Part shown: one piece after another, positions 28,740 to 38,567 of the stretch
Layout of the letters: the number at the start of each line of letters is the position of its first letter
Position numbering within the stretch: the first letter of the stretch is position 1
From: an uncultured Oscillospiraceae bacterium
Lineage (GTDB): Bacteria; Bacillota; Clostridia; Oscillospirales; Oscillospiraceae
DNA length: 64,000 bases
Assembly: GCA_964634435.1 (NCBI GenBank)
Contig: CAZWJM010000001.1
Span: 2,304-66,303 of the forward strand
Reading direction: 5' to 3'
Notes under the pieces: generated by a model
Database searches by the model: none
Seen by the model: the letters and a program-made list of their open reading frames with translations, nothing else
What the model was told of the DNA's origin: nothing
Program-made: the position numbers and the translations under genes

Positions 28740-29736
28740 AAGAACGATAGAAGTCGAAAGAATGGAGCATGTTATAAGCGTGTTCGGCTCTTTTGACCGC
28801 AACCTGAGCATCATCGAATCGGAGCTGGGCGTAAAAGTCCTTGACCGCGAGAATATGATACACATCTGCGGCGAGGAAGAGAGCGTTATGCTCGCGGAAA
28901 AGGCCATAAACGGCCTTTTGACGCTTGCCGCAAGGGGAGAGAATATCGATGCGCAGAGCGTGCGGTATATACTGAAGCTTGTCGGCGAGGGTAAGGAGTC
29001 AAAAATAAACGAGCTTGCAAGCGATGTCGTGTGCATAACGGCAAAGGGTAAGCCCGTCAAGGCCAAGACGCTCGGCCAAAAGACCTATTGCGACGCTATC
29101 GCCAACAACACTATAACCCTCGGCATAGGCCCTGCCGGTACGGGCAAGACCTATCTTGCGGTGGCGGCGGCTGTTGCGGCGTTCCGCGCAGAGGAAGTAA
29201 ACAGGATAATCCTGACCCGCCCGGCTGTCGAAGCCGGTGAGCGCCTCGGCTTTCTCCCCGGCGATTTGCAAAGCAAGGTCGACCCGTACCTGAGGCCATT
29301 GTATGACGCGCTGTTTGACATGCTCGGCGCGGACACATATCAGAAGTATCTCGAGCGCGGGAACATCGAAGTCGCGCCGCTTGCGTACATGCGCGGCCGC
29401 ACGCTTGACGATAGCTTTATTATCCTGGACGAGGCACAGAACACATCGCGCGAGCAGATGAAAATGTTCTTAACGCGTATAGGCTTTGGCTCAAAGGTAG
29501 TAATTACGGGCGATATAACTCAGATAGACCTGCCGGAGGACAAGGTCAGCGGCCTTAAGATAGCAATGAAGGTGCTCGACGGCATTGAGGATATATCCAT
29601 CTGCCGCCTGACCGGTGCCGACGTCGTGCGCCACCAGCTCGTTCAGCGGATAATCGAGGCATATGAGGTATACGATAAGAAGGACCCGCCCGAGCCCGTT
29701 AAAAAGGGCGGAATGTACAAGAGGAAAAAGCAATGA
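28732..29736 (+). CDS. phoH: PhoH family ATPase
   Basis: Walker A GPAGTGKT, Walker B FIILDEAQN, ITGDITQIDL. The MIERT start overlaps the yqfD stop. Confidence 0.9.
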   Translation: MIERTIEVERMEHVISVFGSFDRNLSIIESELGVKVLDRENMIHICGEEESVMLAEKAINGLLTLAARGENIDAQSVRYILKLVGEGKESKINELASDVVCITAKGKPVKAKTLGQKTYCDAIANNTITLGIGPAGTGKTYLAVAAAVAAFRAEEVNRIILTRPAVEAGERLGFLPGDLQSKVDPYLRPLYDALFDMLGADTYQKYLERGNIEVAPLAYMRGRTLDDSFIILDEAQNTSREQMKMFLTRIGFGSKVVITGDITQIDLPEDKVSGLKIAMKVLDGIEDISICRLTGADVVRHQLVQRIIEAYEVYDKKDPPEPVKKGGMYKRKKQ

Positions 29737-30215
29737 TAAAGCATGAAATATACGTTAGCCGCGAAAAAAGCGGCATGGGACATAATAATGCAGCAGCGCT
29801 TATAAAAAAGGCCGCTGCTATGGCGCTGGATGCCGAAGGTGTGGACAAGCCCTGCCTTATAAGCGTGATGCTAACCGATAACGAGGGCATACGCGAAACA
29901 AATCGTGATTTTCGCGGCATAGACTCGGAGACCGATGTGCTGTCTTTTCCCTTAAACGAGCTTTGCCCCGGCAATTTCTGCGCCGATGAATGTGACACCG
30001 ACCCGTATACTGGCGCTGTCATGCTCGGCGACATGATGATATCGCTTGAAAAATGCGCCGAGCAGGGCGAGGAGTTCGGCCACGGCTTTGACAGGGAGAT
30101 AAGCTATCTGACGGTACATAGCGTGCTGCACCTTTTGGGCTATGACCACGTTGACGAGGGCGAAATGAAAAAGCAGATGCGTCAAAGAGAAAAAGAGATA
30201 ATGGGAGACAAATGA
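29733..30215 (+). CDS. ybeY: rRNA maturation endoribonuclease YbeY
   Basis: Zn motif HSVLHLLGYDH. Confidence 0.95.
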   Translation: MIKHEIYVSREKSGMGHNNAAALIKKAAAMALDAEGVDKPCLISVMLTDNEGIRETNRDFRGIDSETDVLSFPLNELCPGNFCADECDTDPYTGAVMLGDMMISLEKCAEQGEEFGHGFDREISYLTVHSVLHLLGYDHVDEGEMKKQMRQREKEIMGDK

Positions 30216-30216
30216 T

Positions 30217-31104
30217 ATGATAACGAAAACTGCAATGATAACCATATGCGGCCGACCCAACGTCGGCAAATCAACGCTCACAAACGCCCTTGTCGGCGAA
30301 AAAATAGCCATTGTGTCCAATAAGCCTCAGACGACGCGCAACCGCATAAGCGCCGTTGTTAACCGCGGCGACACGCAGTTTGTCATAATGGACACGCCGG
30401 GCTTCCACAAGCCCAGGACGCGCCTTGGCGACTATATGGTGAACATAGTTAAGGAAAGCGTTGCTGATGTTGACGCGGCGGTGCTGCTTGTTGAGCCTAT
30501 CGCCAATATCGGCCGTCAGGAGCAGGAGCTTATAGCGAGAATAAAGGAAACGCGCGTTCCCGCCGTGCTCGTTATTAATAAGATCGACACGGTCGAGAAG
30601 CAGCAGCTTCTTGAAGTCATTGCCCTGTATTCGCAGGCACATAATTTTGACGCTGTTATACCGATGTCGGCCAAAAATAAAGAGGGCATAGACGCGCTTT
30701 TGTCGGAGCTTCAGAAATATGCCTCGGAGGGGCCGCAGCTTTTCCCCGACGATATGATATGCGACCAGCCGGAAAAGCAGATATGTGCAGAGCTTGTACG
30801 CGAAAAGCTGTTGCTGTGCCTTGATAAGGAGATCCCGCACGGAACGGCAATCGAGGTAACGCGCTTTACAGAGCGGGATAACGGCATAATCGACCTTGAC
30901 GTTACGATATTCTGCGAAAAGGCCAGTCATAAGGGCATAATCATCGGCAAGCAGGGCGCGATGCTCAAAAAGATCGGCGAGCTTGCCCGCACGGACATTG
31001 AAGCCTTCATGGGAACGAAGGTTTATCTGCAGACGTGGGTAAAGGTCAAGGAAAACTGGCGCGACAGTATGGCTCAGCTTCGCAACTTCGGCTTCTCGGA
31101 ATAA
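30217..31104 (+). CDS. era: GTPase Era
   Basis: GRPNVGKST, DTPG, NKID and a C-terminal KH domain (...IFCEKASHKGIIIGKQGAMLK...). Confidence 0.95.
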   Translation: MITKTAMITICGRPNVGKSTLTNALVGEKIAIVSNKPQTTRNRISAVVNRGDTQFVIMDTPGFHKPRTRLGDYMVNIVKESVADVDAAVLLVEPIANIGRQEQELIARIKETRVPAVLVINKIDTVEKQQLLEVIALYSQAHNFDAVIPMSAKNKEGIDALLSELQKYASEGPQLFPDDMICDQPEKQICAELVREKLLLCLDKEIPHGTAIEVTRFTERDNGIIDLDVTIFCEKASHKGIIIGKQGAMLKKIGELARTDIEAFMGTKVYLQTWVKVKENWRDSMAQLRNFGFSE

Positions 31105-31161
31105 ATACCCACACATAAGACGCCTGCCGGCACCGATACTAACCGTATCGGAGGTAGGAGC

Positions 31162-31296
31162 ATGAGCGACGATATTTTGTGGCAGATATTTGCCGACACT
31201 GGCGATCCCGTTAGCTGGCTTATTTACAGAGCCAATCATATAGATAAGAAAAACGAAACGCCCGGGGCAGAGGACGAGCCTCAGGCCCTGGGCTAA
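31162..31296 (+). CDS. YqzL-like small protein (44 aa; below the ORF-track cutoff)
   Basis: ATG preceded by ggaggtaggag. MSDDILWQIFADTGDPVSWLIYR... resembles the YqzL N-terminus (W..F..TG....YL). It lies between era and recO, as yqzL does in Bacillus. Confidence 0.55.
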   Translation: MSDDILWQIFADTGDPVSWLIYRANHIDKKNETPGAEDEPQALG

Positions 31297-31308
31297 AGCA
31301 GGGTACAT

Positions 31309-32052
31309 ATGTTTAAAACGACACGGGGCCTCATATTGCGCGAGGTCCGATACAAGGAAGCCGACAGGATATTGACGGTCCTGACGGAGGATATGGGCAA
31401 AATGACCGTCAAGGCGCGCGGTGCACTGCGCAAGGGCAGCAAGACCGCCGCTGCAACGCAGTTTCTTGCCTTTTCCGAGCTTACCATGCTCGACAGAAAC
31501 GGCTACTGGACGGTCAGTGAAGGCTCGACTATCGAGGAGTTCAAGGGACTTAGAAGCGATATAACAGCGCTTTCGCTTGCAAGCTATTTTGCCGAGTGCG
31601 TGGAGGCACTGTCGGATGAGGGTAACCCCGACCCGCTGCTTTTGCAGCTTATTCTAAACTGTCTGTTTGCGCTGTCAAACGAGCTTTACCCGCAGGAGCA
31701 TATTAAAACGGCCTTTGAAATGCGCCTGATGGCGCTTTCGGGCTATGAGCCGAATCTTCTTAGCTGCTGCGTCTGCGGCCGCTCAGAGCCCGAGGGAGTG
31801 CGCTTTAGCCCGCGAAACGGCATCGTGTGCTGCCGTGAATGTAATAACGCAAGCCTTCAGGCAAGCTATGAGCTGTGTCCCGATTCGCTTCAGGCGCTGC
31901 GGTATATCATTTACGCGCCCGCGCGCAAGATGCTCGCCTTTACGCTCGGGGATGATGCCTTAAAGCGTGCAGCAAAGGCATCCGAGGCGTATTTGCTTAC
32001 GCAGACGGAAAGAAAGTTTTCCACATTGGATTATTGGAGACAGATAAAATAA
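31309..32052 (+). CDS. recO: DNA repair protein RecO
   Basis: N-terminal OB fold GLILREVRYKEADRILTVLT. Zn-finger Cys pairs CCVCGR...CCREC. Confidence 0.88.
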   Translation: MFKTTRGLILREVRYKEADRILTVLTEDMGKMTVKARGALRKGSKTAAATQFLAFSELTMLDRNGYWTVSEGSTIEEFKGLRSDITALSLASYFAECVEALSDEGNPDPLLLQLILNCLFALSNELYPQEHIKTAFEMRLMALSGYEPNLLSCCVCGRSEPEGVRFSPRNGIVCCRECNNASLQASYELCPDSLQALRYIIYAPARKMLAFTLGDDALKRAAKASEAYLLTQTERKFSTLDYWRQIK

Positions 32053-34430
32053 TGGATTTCTACGAAAAATCACTTAACATACTGGAGCTTCCCTCTGTGC
32101 TGGAGATGCTGGCCGCCGAAGCCGTCACAGAAGGCGGCAAGGAGGCTTGCCTTGCCCTGCGTCCGAGCGCTGACAGGCTTGAGGTCAAAAACCGCCTTGC
32201 CGAAACGAGCGCCGCAAAGGACATGATGGTCGTGCGCGGAAGTCCCTCGCTGTCGGGCATAAAGGATATCCGCCCGTCGCTGAGCCGTGCTGATCTTGGC
32301 GGAAGCCTCAACACCATTGAACTTTTGAACATTGCCCGCGTATTGCAGTGCGCAAGGCTCGTAAAGGGCTATATTGCCGATGATAAGACCGGTAAGACGA
32401 GCATAGACCATTTGTTCTATGCCCTGCACGCAAACAGATTTCTTGAAGAGAAGATAACGGGCTCTATCGTCGGCGAGGACGAGATAGCTGACAGTGCCTC
32501 CTCTGAGCTTGCGAGCATCCGCCGAAAGACCCGCGCTGCCGGTGCGCGTGTGCGTGAGTGCCTGCAGAAGATAATATCCTCGCCGTCTTACGCTAAGGTC
32601 TTGCAGGAGCCTATCATAACCATGCGCTCTGACCGCTTCGTTGTGCCAGTGAAGGCTGAGTGCAAGGGCGCGATACAGGGTCTTGTGCATGATATCTCGG
32701 CATCTGGCGCGACGCTGTTTATTGAGCCTATGGCGGCTGTCAAGGCAAATAACGAGCTTCGCGAGCTCGCAGCCAAGGAAAAGGCGGAAATTGACCGTAT
32801 CCTTGCGGCGCTTTCCGCAGAATGTGCAGAGCATGCGGAGGATATAGCCTCCGACTATTCATATCTCATCGCGCTTGACACCATATTTGCCAAGGCAAAA
32901 CTTTCGTATAAGCTAAACGGCATAGAGCCTGAGCTTCGTGAAAAGGGAGCTGTGCTTCGCCGCGCGCGCCATCCGCTGCTTCCAAAGGATAAGGCCGTAC
33001 CCATAAGCCTTGAGCTGGGCGATGATTTTGATACGCTTATTATTACCGGCCCTAACACCGGCGGCAAGACCGTTACGCTGAAAACGATCGGCCTTTTGAA
33101 CGTCATGGCTCAGTGCGGCCTGCACATACCGGCCGATGACGGAAGCGGCGTTCCGGTGTACAGGCATGTGCTTGCCGATATAGGCGATGAGCAGTCGATA
33201 GAGCAGAATCTGTCGACCTTCTCGGCACATATGACGAACATAGTGCATATTTTGGATGAGTGCGATGAAAACTCGCTGCTGCTGTTTGATGAGCTTGGCG
33301 CGGGCACAGACCCGACTGAGGGTGCGGCGCTTGCAATTGCGGTCATCGAGTATGCCCGCAAGCTTGGCGCAAACGTCGCGGCAACGACGCACTACGCAGA
33401 GCTCAAGGTCTATGCCACTACCGAGAGCGGCATCCAGAACGCCTCCTGCGAGTTTGACGTTGAAACCCTGAGCCCGACCTACAGACTGCTCGTCGGCATC
33501 CCCGGCAAGTCAAACGCGTTTGCGATATCCGAGCGCCTTGGCCTCGGTAAGGACATAATCGACGACGCGAAGGCGCGTATAGGCGTTCAGAACGCAAGCT
33601 TTGAGGCAACGATAGAAAAGCTTGAGCAGACGCGGCTGCTGCTCGAGCGCGACAGAGAGGAAACGGCAAGGAAGCTGCGTGAAGCGGAGGAGAATGCGAA
33701 AAAGGCAGCCTTCATGCGCGCTGAACTTTCGGTCAGGCTCGAAAAGGCCGATGAAAAAGCCCGCCGCGAGGCAGAGCGCATAATATCCGAAGCGCGGCAG
33801 ACGGCCGAGAGCACCTTCTCTGAGCTTGACGATATGCGCCGCAAGATAAACGAGGCAGAGCAGGCGAATGAGATAAACGAGGCACGCACCCAGCTTCGCC
33901 GCAAGCTCAACGAGACGCAGACAAAGCTCAAAGCCAAAGCCCCCGAAATGCCCGTGGAGGAGAAGAAGTCTGCCCGCGATGTCCGCGCAGGCGACACGGT
34001 CGAAATTAAATCCATGGGCGTTAAAGCTGAGGTCATTGATATTAACCCCGATGGTACGCTGAACCTCCGTGCCGGTATCATGAGCGTGAAGCTCAAGCCC
34101 GACGATGTGTATCTTATTGAGGGTCATGCTGCAAAGCAGAAAAAGCAAAGCGTAACTCTTGCCAGCAGCACCGCGCCGCGTGCGGCAGTAAGCCCGGAGA
34201 TCGACCTGCGAGGCATGGAAAGCATTGAGGCAGTTAATGCTGCCGAGCAGTATATTGACAGCGCCGTCATGGGTAAACTCAAGACCGTTACTATCATTCA
34301 CGGCAAGGGAACAGGCGCTCTGCGCACTGCCGTGCAGCAGATGCTGCGCCGCAACAAGGCAGTGAAAAGCTTCAGATTAGGTCGTTTCGGAGAGGGCGAA
34401 AGCGGCGTTACAATAGTCGAATTGAAATAA
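32052..34430 (+). CDS. mutS2: Endonuclease MutS2 (start at MDFYEK, TAATG overlap with recO)
   Basis: Walker A GPNTGGKT, LFDELGAGTDP, coiled-coil region and C-terminal Smr domain IDLRGM...IIHGKGTGALR. Confidence 0.95.
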   Translation: MDFYEKSLNILELPSVLEMLAAEAVTEGGKEACLALRPSADRLEVKNRLAETSAAKDMMVVRGSPSLSGIKDIRPSLSRADLGGSLNTIELLNIARVLQCARLVKGYIADDKTGKTSIDHLFYALHANRFLEEKITGSIVGEDEIADSASSELASIRRKTRAAGARVRECLQKIISSPSYAKVLQEPIITMRSDRFVVPVKAECKGAIQGLVHDISASGATLFIEPMAAVKANNELRELAAKEKAEIDRILAALSAECAEHAEDIASDYSYLIALDTIFAKAKLSYKLNGIEPELREKGAVLRRARHPLLPKDKAVPISLELGDDFDTLIITGPNTGGKTVTLKTIGLLNVMAQCGLHIPADDGSGVPVYRHVLADIGDEQSIEQNLSTFSAHMTNIVHILDECDENSLLLFDELGAGTDPTEGAALAIAVIEYARKLGANVAATTHYAELKVYATTESGIQNASCEFDVETLSPTYRLLVGIPGKSNAFAISERLGLGKDIIDDAKARIGVQNASFEATIEKLEQTRLLLERDREETARKLREAEENAKKAAFMRAELSVRLEKADEKARREAERIISEARQTAESTFSELDDMRRKINEAEQANEINEARTQLRRKLNETQTKLKAKAPEMPVEEKKSARDVRAGDTVEIKSMGVKAEVIDINPDGTLNLRAGIMSVKLKPDDVYLIEGHAAKQKKQSVTLASSTAPRAAVSPEIDLRGMESIEAVNAAEQYIDSAVMGKLKTVTIIHGKGTGALRTAVQQMLRRNKAVKSFRLGRFGEGESGVTIVELK

Positions 34431-34551
34431 AAGCAATCGATAAAATTTATTAATAATGTGTAAATCTACGAAATAGACAAAATCAGTTGACCTTTTGAAA
34501 ATAATTTGTTAAAGTAGGCTTAATCTTTTGTGAGCAAGAGGAGTTGCGAGA

Positions 34552-34815
34552 ATGGTAACCAAAGAAGTTGTTATTAATAATCAGGTAGGGCTCCATGCCA
34601 GACCGGCGACTTTCTTTATTCAGAAAGCCAATGAGTTCAAGAGCAGTATTTGGATCGAGAAGGAAGACAGGCGTGTAAACGCTAAGAGCTTACTCGGCGT
34701 TCTCTCTTTGGGTATCGTTAAGGGCACGGCTGTTAACCTTATTGCCGACGGCGCTGACGAGGCCACTGCTGTCGATACGCTTTCCGAGCTTATCGCATCC
34801 GACTTTACCGAGTGA
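34552..34815 (+). CDS. ptsH: Phosphocarrier protein HPr
   Basis: His15 in GLHARPA and Ser46 in NAKSLLGV. 87 aa. Confidence 0.92.
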   Translation: MVTKEVVINNQVGLHARPATFFIQKANEFKSSIWIEKEDRRVNAKSLLGVLSLGIVKGTAVNLIADGADEATAVDTLSELIASDFTE

Positions 34816-34830
34816 TTTAAAAACGAAGCT

Positions 34831-34856
34831 AAGGGCGTGTTAATAAACACGCCCTT
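34831..34856 (+). terminator. Hairpin after ptsH (weak T tract)
   Basis: aagggcgtgt-taataa-acacgccctt perfect stem followed by attcg. Confidence 0.5.
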
Positions 34857-34877
34857 ATTCGCTATATAGGAGCGCCT

Positions 34878-35744
34878 ATGAAGAAAGAAAACAGAGCCAT
34901 TATTGAAATGCTCACCTGCGCTGCGCTGTGGAGCATTGCGGGCATATTCATAAAGCTCATCCCGTGGAACGGCTTTGTCATATCCGGCATACGCAGCCTT
35001 TTCGCGGGCATCACTGTTTTTGCATACATAAGGATAAAGGGCTACAAAATATGCATTAACCGCAGAACGATGACTGCGGGCATTTTGCTTGGCGTTTTGT
35101 ACATTGCATTTGTGTGCGCAAATAAGCTCACGACCGCTGCAAACGCCATCGTTTTGCAGTTTACATCGCCTATATTCGTCGTTGTATTCTCGGCGCTTAT
35201 ATTTGGCCAGCGCTTTAAAAGGCGCGATGTTGCGGCGGTCATATGCACCTTTGCCGGTATTGCGATGTTCTTCCTCGATGAGCTCAAGGGCGGCTATCTT
35301 CTCGGAAACTTCACGGCCATTTTCGCCGGTGCCTGCCTTGCGGGCATGTATATGACCATGGATAAGGCCTGCACGCAGGAGAGGTTTTCGGCCATATTGA
35401 TCGGTCAGATAGTCGCATTTGCGGTGAGCATACCGTTTATCATAACAACAAAGCCGCAATTTGATGCACTTCCTATGCTTTATATCATCATCCTCGGCGT
35501 TTTGCAGCTCGGCATACCGTATATTCTGTATGGCAGAGCGTCGGAGTTCTGCCCGCCGCTTGCCTGCAGTCTGCTCGGTGCTGTCGAGCCGCTGCTAAAC
35601 CCCATATGGGTACTTATATTTGACGGCGAAAGGCCGGGAGTATTTGCGCTTATCGGCGGTATTATAGTTATCGTATCCGTGACGGTGTGGTGCATCGCCG
35701 GAAATAAGGACAGCGAGGTAAACAATGCGGGAGAAGCTGCTTGA
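34878..35744 (+). CDS. EamA/DMT family transporter
   Basis: 288 aa, about 10 TM segments in two homologous halves. Confidence 0.75.
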   Translation: MKKENRAIIEMLTCAALWSIAGIFIKLIPWNGFVISGIRSLFAGITVFAYIRIKGYKICINRRTMTAGILLGVLYIAFVCANKLTTAANAIVLQFTSPIFVVVFSALIFGQRFKRRDVAAVICTFAGIAMFFLDELKGGYLLGNFTAIFAGACLAGMYMTMDKACTQERFSAILIGQIVAFAVSIPFIITTKPQFDALPMLYIIILGVLQLGIPYILYGRASEFCPPLACSLLGAVEPLLNPIWVLIFDGERPGVFALIGGIIVIVSVTVWCIAGNKDSEVNNAGEAA

Positions 35745-37539
35745 AAAGGCAAATAAGCTGCCGCTTCTGCCGGGCGTTTATATAATGCTCGACGAGGCCG
35801 GGCAGGTCATATATGTCGGCAAGGCGAAAAAGCTTAAAAACCGTGTCACGAGCTATTTTCGCGGCTCGCATCTGCCGAAGGTCGAGGCGATGGTCGAAAA
35901 GGTCGCGGACTTTAACGTCATTGTCGTAAATTCGGAGTTTGAGTCGCTAATTCTTGAAAACTCGCTTATAAAGCAGCATCAGCCGCACTATAACATCCTG
36001 CTAAAGGACGATAAGGGCTACCCGTTTATACGCTTGGATAAAAAAGCGCCGTACCCGCGCTTTTCGATAGTCAACACTGCAAAAAAGGACGGAGCGGCGT
36101 ATTTCGGCCCGTTCGGCGGCCGAAGCGTGACGCGGGATATTATTGACGCTGCATCCAAGGCCGTCGGCCTTGCGACGTGCTCAAAGCGCTTTCCGCGCGA
36201 TATCGGCAAGGACAGGCCGTGCCTTAACTACCACATGGGCAATTGCCGCGGCTGGTGCAGGGGAGAGCTTGGGCAGGAGGAATACCGCCTCGCGCTCGAG
36301 CAGGTCTGTCTCATTTTAAGCGGCAAAACGCAGGAGCTTATAGCCGAGCTTACGGACAAAATGAACGATGCAGCCGAGCAGCTTCGCTTTGAAGCCGCCG
36401 CCGAGATACGCGACAGGATACGCGCGATACAAAGCGTTTCAAATAAGCAGAAGGTCATCGCAACGGCCTTTTCGGATACGGATGCAATTGGCTTTAAGCG
36501 CGGGGCGAAAAGCTGCTTTGTCGTGCTGCATTTTAATGACGGCTCGCTGACGGGCAAGGATTTTGAGCTTATACCCGAGCCGCTTGAAAGCGATGCTGAG
36601 GCGCTGTCGGCATATATGCGGCAGTATTACGCTTCACGCGGCTCACTGCCAAAGAGCATACTTTTACGCGAAGAGCCTGAGGATGCAGACTCGCTGCGCG
36701 AGCTTTTTGCGCAGATGGCAGGGCACAAGGTAAGCATCGAAGTGCCGCAGAGGGGCGACAGGCTTCGCCTTGTTGAACGCGCGGAAATGAACGCGTCCGA
36801 GGAGATACTGCGTGCAACAACTGTCCAGCAGCGCAGAACGAATACGCTCCTGTGGCTGCAAAAATCGCTGGAGCTGCCCGAATACCCCGAACGTATCGAG
36901 GCCTTCGATGTATCAAACCTCGGCGACACGGGCATCGTTGCGGCAATGACCGTCCACAAGGACGGCAAGCCATATAAAAAGGACTATCGCAAATTCAGGA
37001 TCAAGGATCTGAGCATCAGGGACGACTATGCGAGCATGCAGCAGGCCGTTTACCGCCGCTTTGCACACTATAAAAACGGCGACGGCGGCTTTGACACGGC
37101 TCCGCAGATACTGCTCATTGACGGCGGCATAACGCACGCTGCGGCTGCAGAACGGGCCATGGATGAGCTCGGCGTTAAGGTCCCGGTCTTCGGCATGGTA
37201 AAGGATGACAGGCACAGAACGCGTGCACTTGTCACATCCGACGGTCGCGAGATATGCATTAACTCAAACCCGGCGGCCTTCTCGCTTATCGGCAATATTC
37301 AGGAGGAGACGCACCGCTTTGCCATTGAGTATCAGCGCTCGCTGCGCAGTGAGGGCTTCGGCTCGGAGCTAAGCTCCATCCCCGGCGTCGGCGCTGTGCG
37401 CAAAAATGCGCTTCTTCGCCATTTCAAGACCCTGAAGGCAATAAAAAACGCAAGTATCGACGAGCTGAGCAAGGCCGTTCCGCAGAGCACGGCCAGGGCG
37501 ATCTACGAATTTTATCACAGTAACGAGGTAGAACAATGA
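35725..37539 (+). CDS. uvrC: Excinuclease ABC subunit C
   Basis: GIY-YIG domain PGVYIMLDEAGQVIYVGKAKKLKNRV, UVR domain, C-terminal (HhH)2. Confidence 0.95.
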   Translation: MREKLLEKANKLPLLPGVYIMLDEAGQVIYVGKAKKLKNRVTSYFRGSHLPKVEAMVEKVADFNVIVVNSEFESLILENSLIKQHQPHYNILLKDDKGYPFIRLDKKAPYPRFSIVNTAKKDGAAYFGPFGGRSVTRDIIDAASKAVGLATCSKRFPRDIGKDRPCLNYHMGNCRGWCRGELGQEEYRLALEQVCLILSGKTQELIAELTDKMNDAAEQLRFEAAAEIRDRIRAIQSVSNKQKVIATAFSDTDAIGFKRGAKSCFVVLHFNDGSLTGKDFELIPEPLESDAEALSAYMRQYYASRGSLPKSILLREEPEDADSLRELFAQMAGHKVSIEVPQRGDRLRLVERAEMNASEEILRATTVQQRRTNTLLWLQKSLELPEYPERIEAFDVSNLGDTGIVAAMTVHKDGKPYKKDYRKFRIKDLSIRDDYASMQQAVYRRFAHYKNGDGGFDTAPQILLIDGGITHAAAAERAMDELGVKVPVFGMVKDDRHRTRALVTSDGREICINSNPAAFSLIGNIQEETHRFAIEYQRSLRSEGFGSELSSIPGVGAVRKNALLRHFKTLKAIKNASIDELSKAVPQSTARAIYEFYHSNEVEQ

Positions 37540-38078
37540 GAGTAATAAGCGGAATAAGACGCGGTAAAAAGCTTAAAGAGCCGGATAATTACGATATCCG
37601 CCCGACGACCGACATGGTCAAGGAGTCGATATTCAACATCATCCAGTTTGATATAGAGGGCAGGCGTGTGCTCGACCTTTTTGCAGGAACAGGTCAGCTC
37701 GGCATTGAGTGCATAAGCCGCGGGGCAAAGGAAGTCACCTTTGTGGACCAGAGCAGGGAAGCGATAAGCATCGTTAAGCAGAACCTTAAAAGCTGCGGCT
37801 TTGAAGCTCGCGTTGTCCAAAGCGACTCCATAGCCTTTCTTGAGCGCGGCGCACGCTTTGATCTTATACTTATTGACCCTCCTTATGCGACAAATCTCAT
37901 CGATAAAGCGCTTGAAGTCATCAATTCCGTTGACATCTTAACGGAAAGTGGTATAATTGTGTGCGAAAGTGGGCGCGAAAAGCCCATGCCGGAAATGAAT
38001 ATGCCCTACTTTAAGTGTAAGGAATATAACTACGGCAAAGTCAAGCTTACAACCTACAGCAGGGAGAATGATAAATGA
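37536..38078 (+). CDS. rsmD: 16S rRNA (guanine966-N2)-methyltransferase
   Basis: VLDLFAGTGQLGIE and DPPY motifs. 180 aa. Confidence 0.88.
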   Translation: MRVISGIRRGKKLKEPDNYDIRPTTDMVKESIFNIIQFDIEGRRVLDLFAGTGQLGIECISRGAKEVTFVDQSREAISIVKQNLKSCGFEARVVQSDSIAFLERGARFDLILIDPPYATNLIDKALEVINSVDILTESGIIVCESGREKPMPEMNMPYFKCKEYNYGKVKLTTYSRENDK

Positions 38079-38566
38079 GGACAGCTATTTGCCCGGGAAG
38101 CTTCGACCCCATCACCTTGGGTCACCTCAATATTATAAGACGTTCAGCCCAGATATTTGACAAGGTCATCGTGTGTATCATGTTTAATTCGACCAAGACA
38201 AGGCCGATGTTCACGATCGAAGAGCGCGTCGAGATGGTGCGCAAGGTCGTTGCCAAATATCCGAACGTCGAAGTCGACACGTTTGACGGGCTGCTTGCCG
38301 AGTATGCCAGGAAGTTCGACGGTGCTGTTATCGTAAAGGGAATGAGGGCCGCATCTGATTTTGAGTACGAATTTCAGATGAACCTTATAAATAAAAAGAT
38401 AAATCCCAGCCTTGAGACGATGTTTCTCACGGCAAGCGAAAAATATACCTTTTTGAGCTCCTCCGTCGTGCGCGAAATGGCGTCGTACGGCGCAGATCTC
38501 ACGGGCTTTGTACCGGATGAGATCATCGACGAGGTTGAGAAAAAGGCAAAGTTATGGAGGCAGTGA
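38075..38566 (+). CDS. coaD: Phosphopantetheine adenylyltransferase
   Basis: CPGSFDPITLGH and ...KGMRAASDFEYE... Confidence 0.95.
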   Translation: MRTAICPGSFDPITLGHLNIIRRSAQIFDKVIVCIMFNSTKTRPMFTIEERVEMVRKVVAKYPNVEVDTFDGLLAEYARKFDGAVIVKGMRAASDFEYEFQMNLINKKINPSLETMFLTASEKYTFLSSSVVREMASYGADLTGFVPDEIIDEVEKKAKLWRQ

Positions 38567-38567
38567 T

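Noticed and set aside
30271-31308. 345-aa ORF antisense to era
   Set aside because: It is codon-aligned with era (phase 1 mod 3) and has no motifs. It runs through the era-yqzL intergenic region without a plausible start context.
34620-35459. 279-aa ORF antisense to ptsH and the EamA transporter
   Set aside because: It is codon-aligned with the EamA gene, and its composition is a mirror image of a membrane protein. No independent signals.
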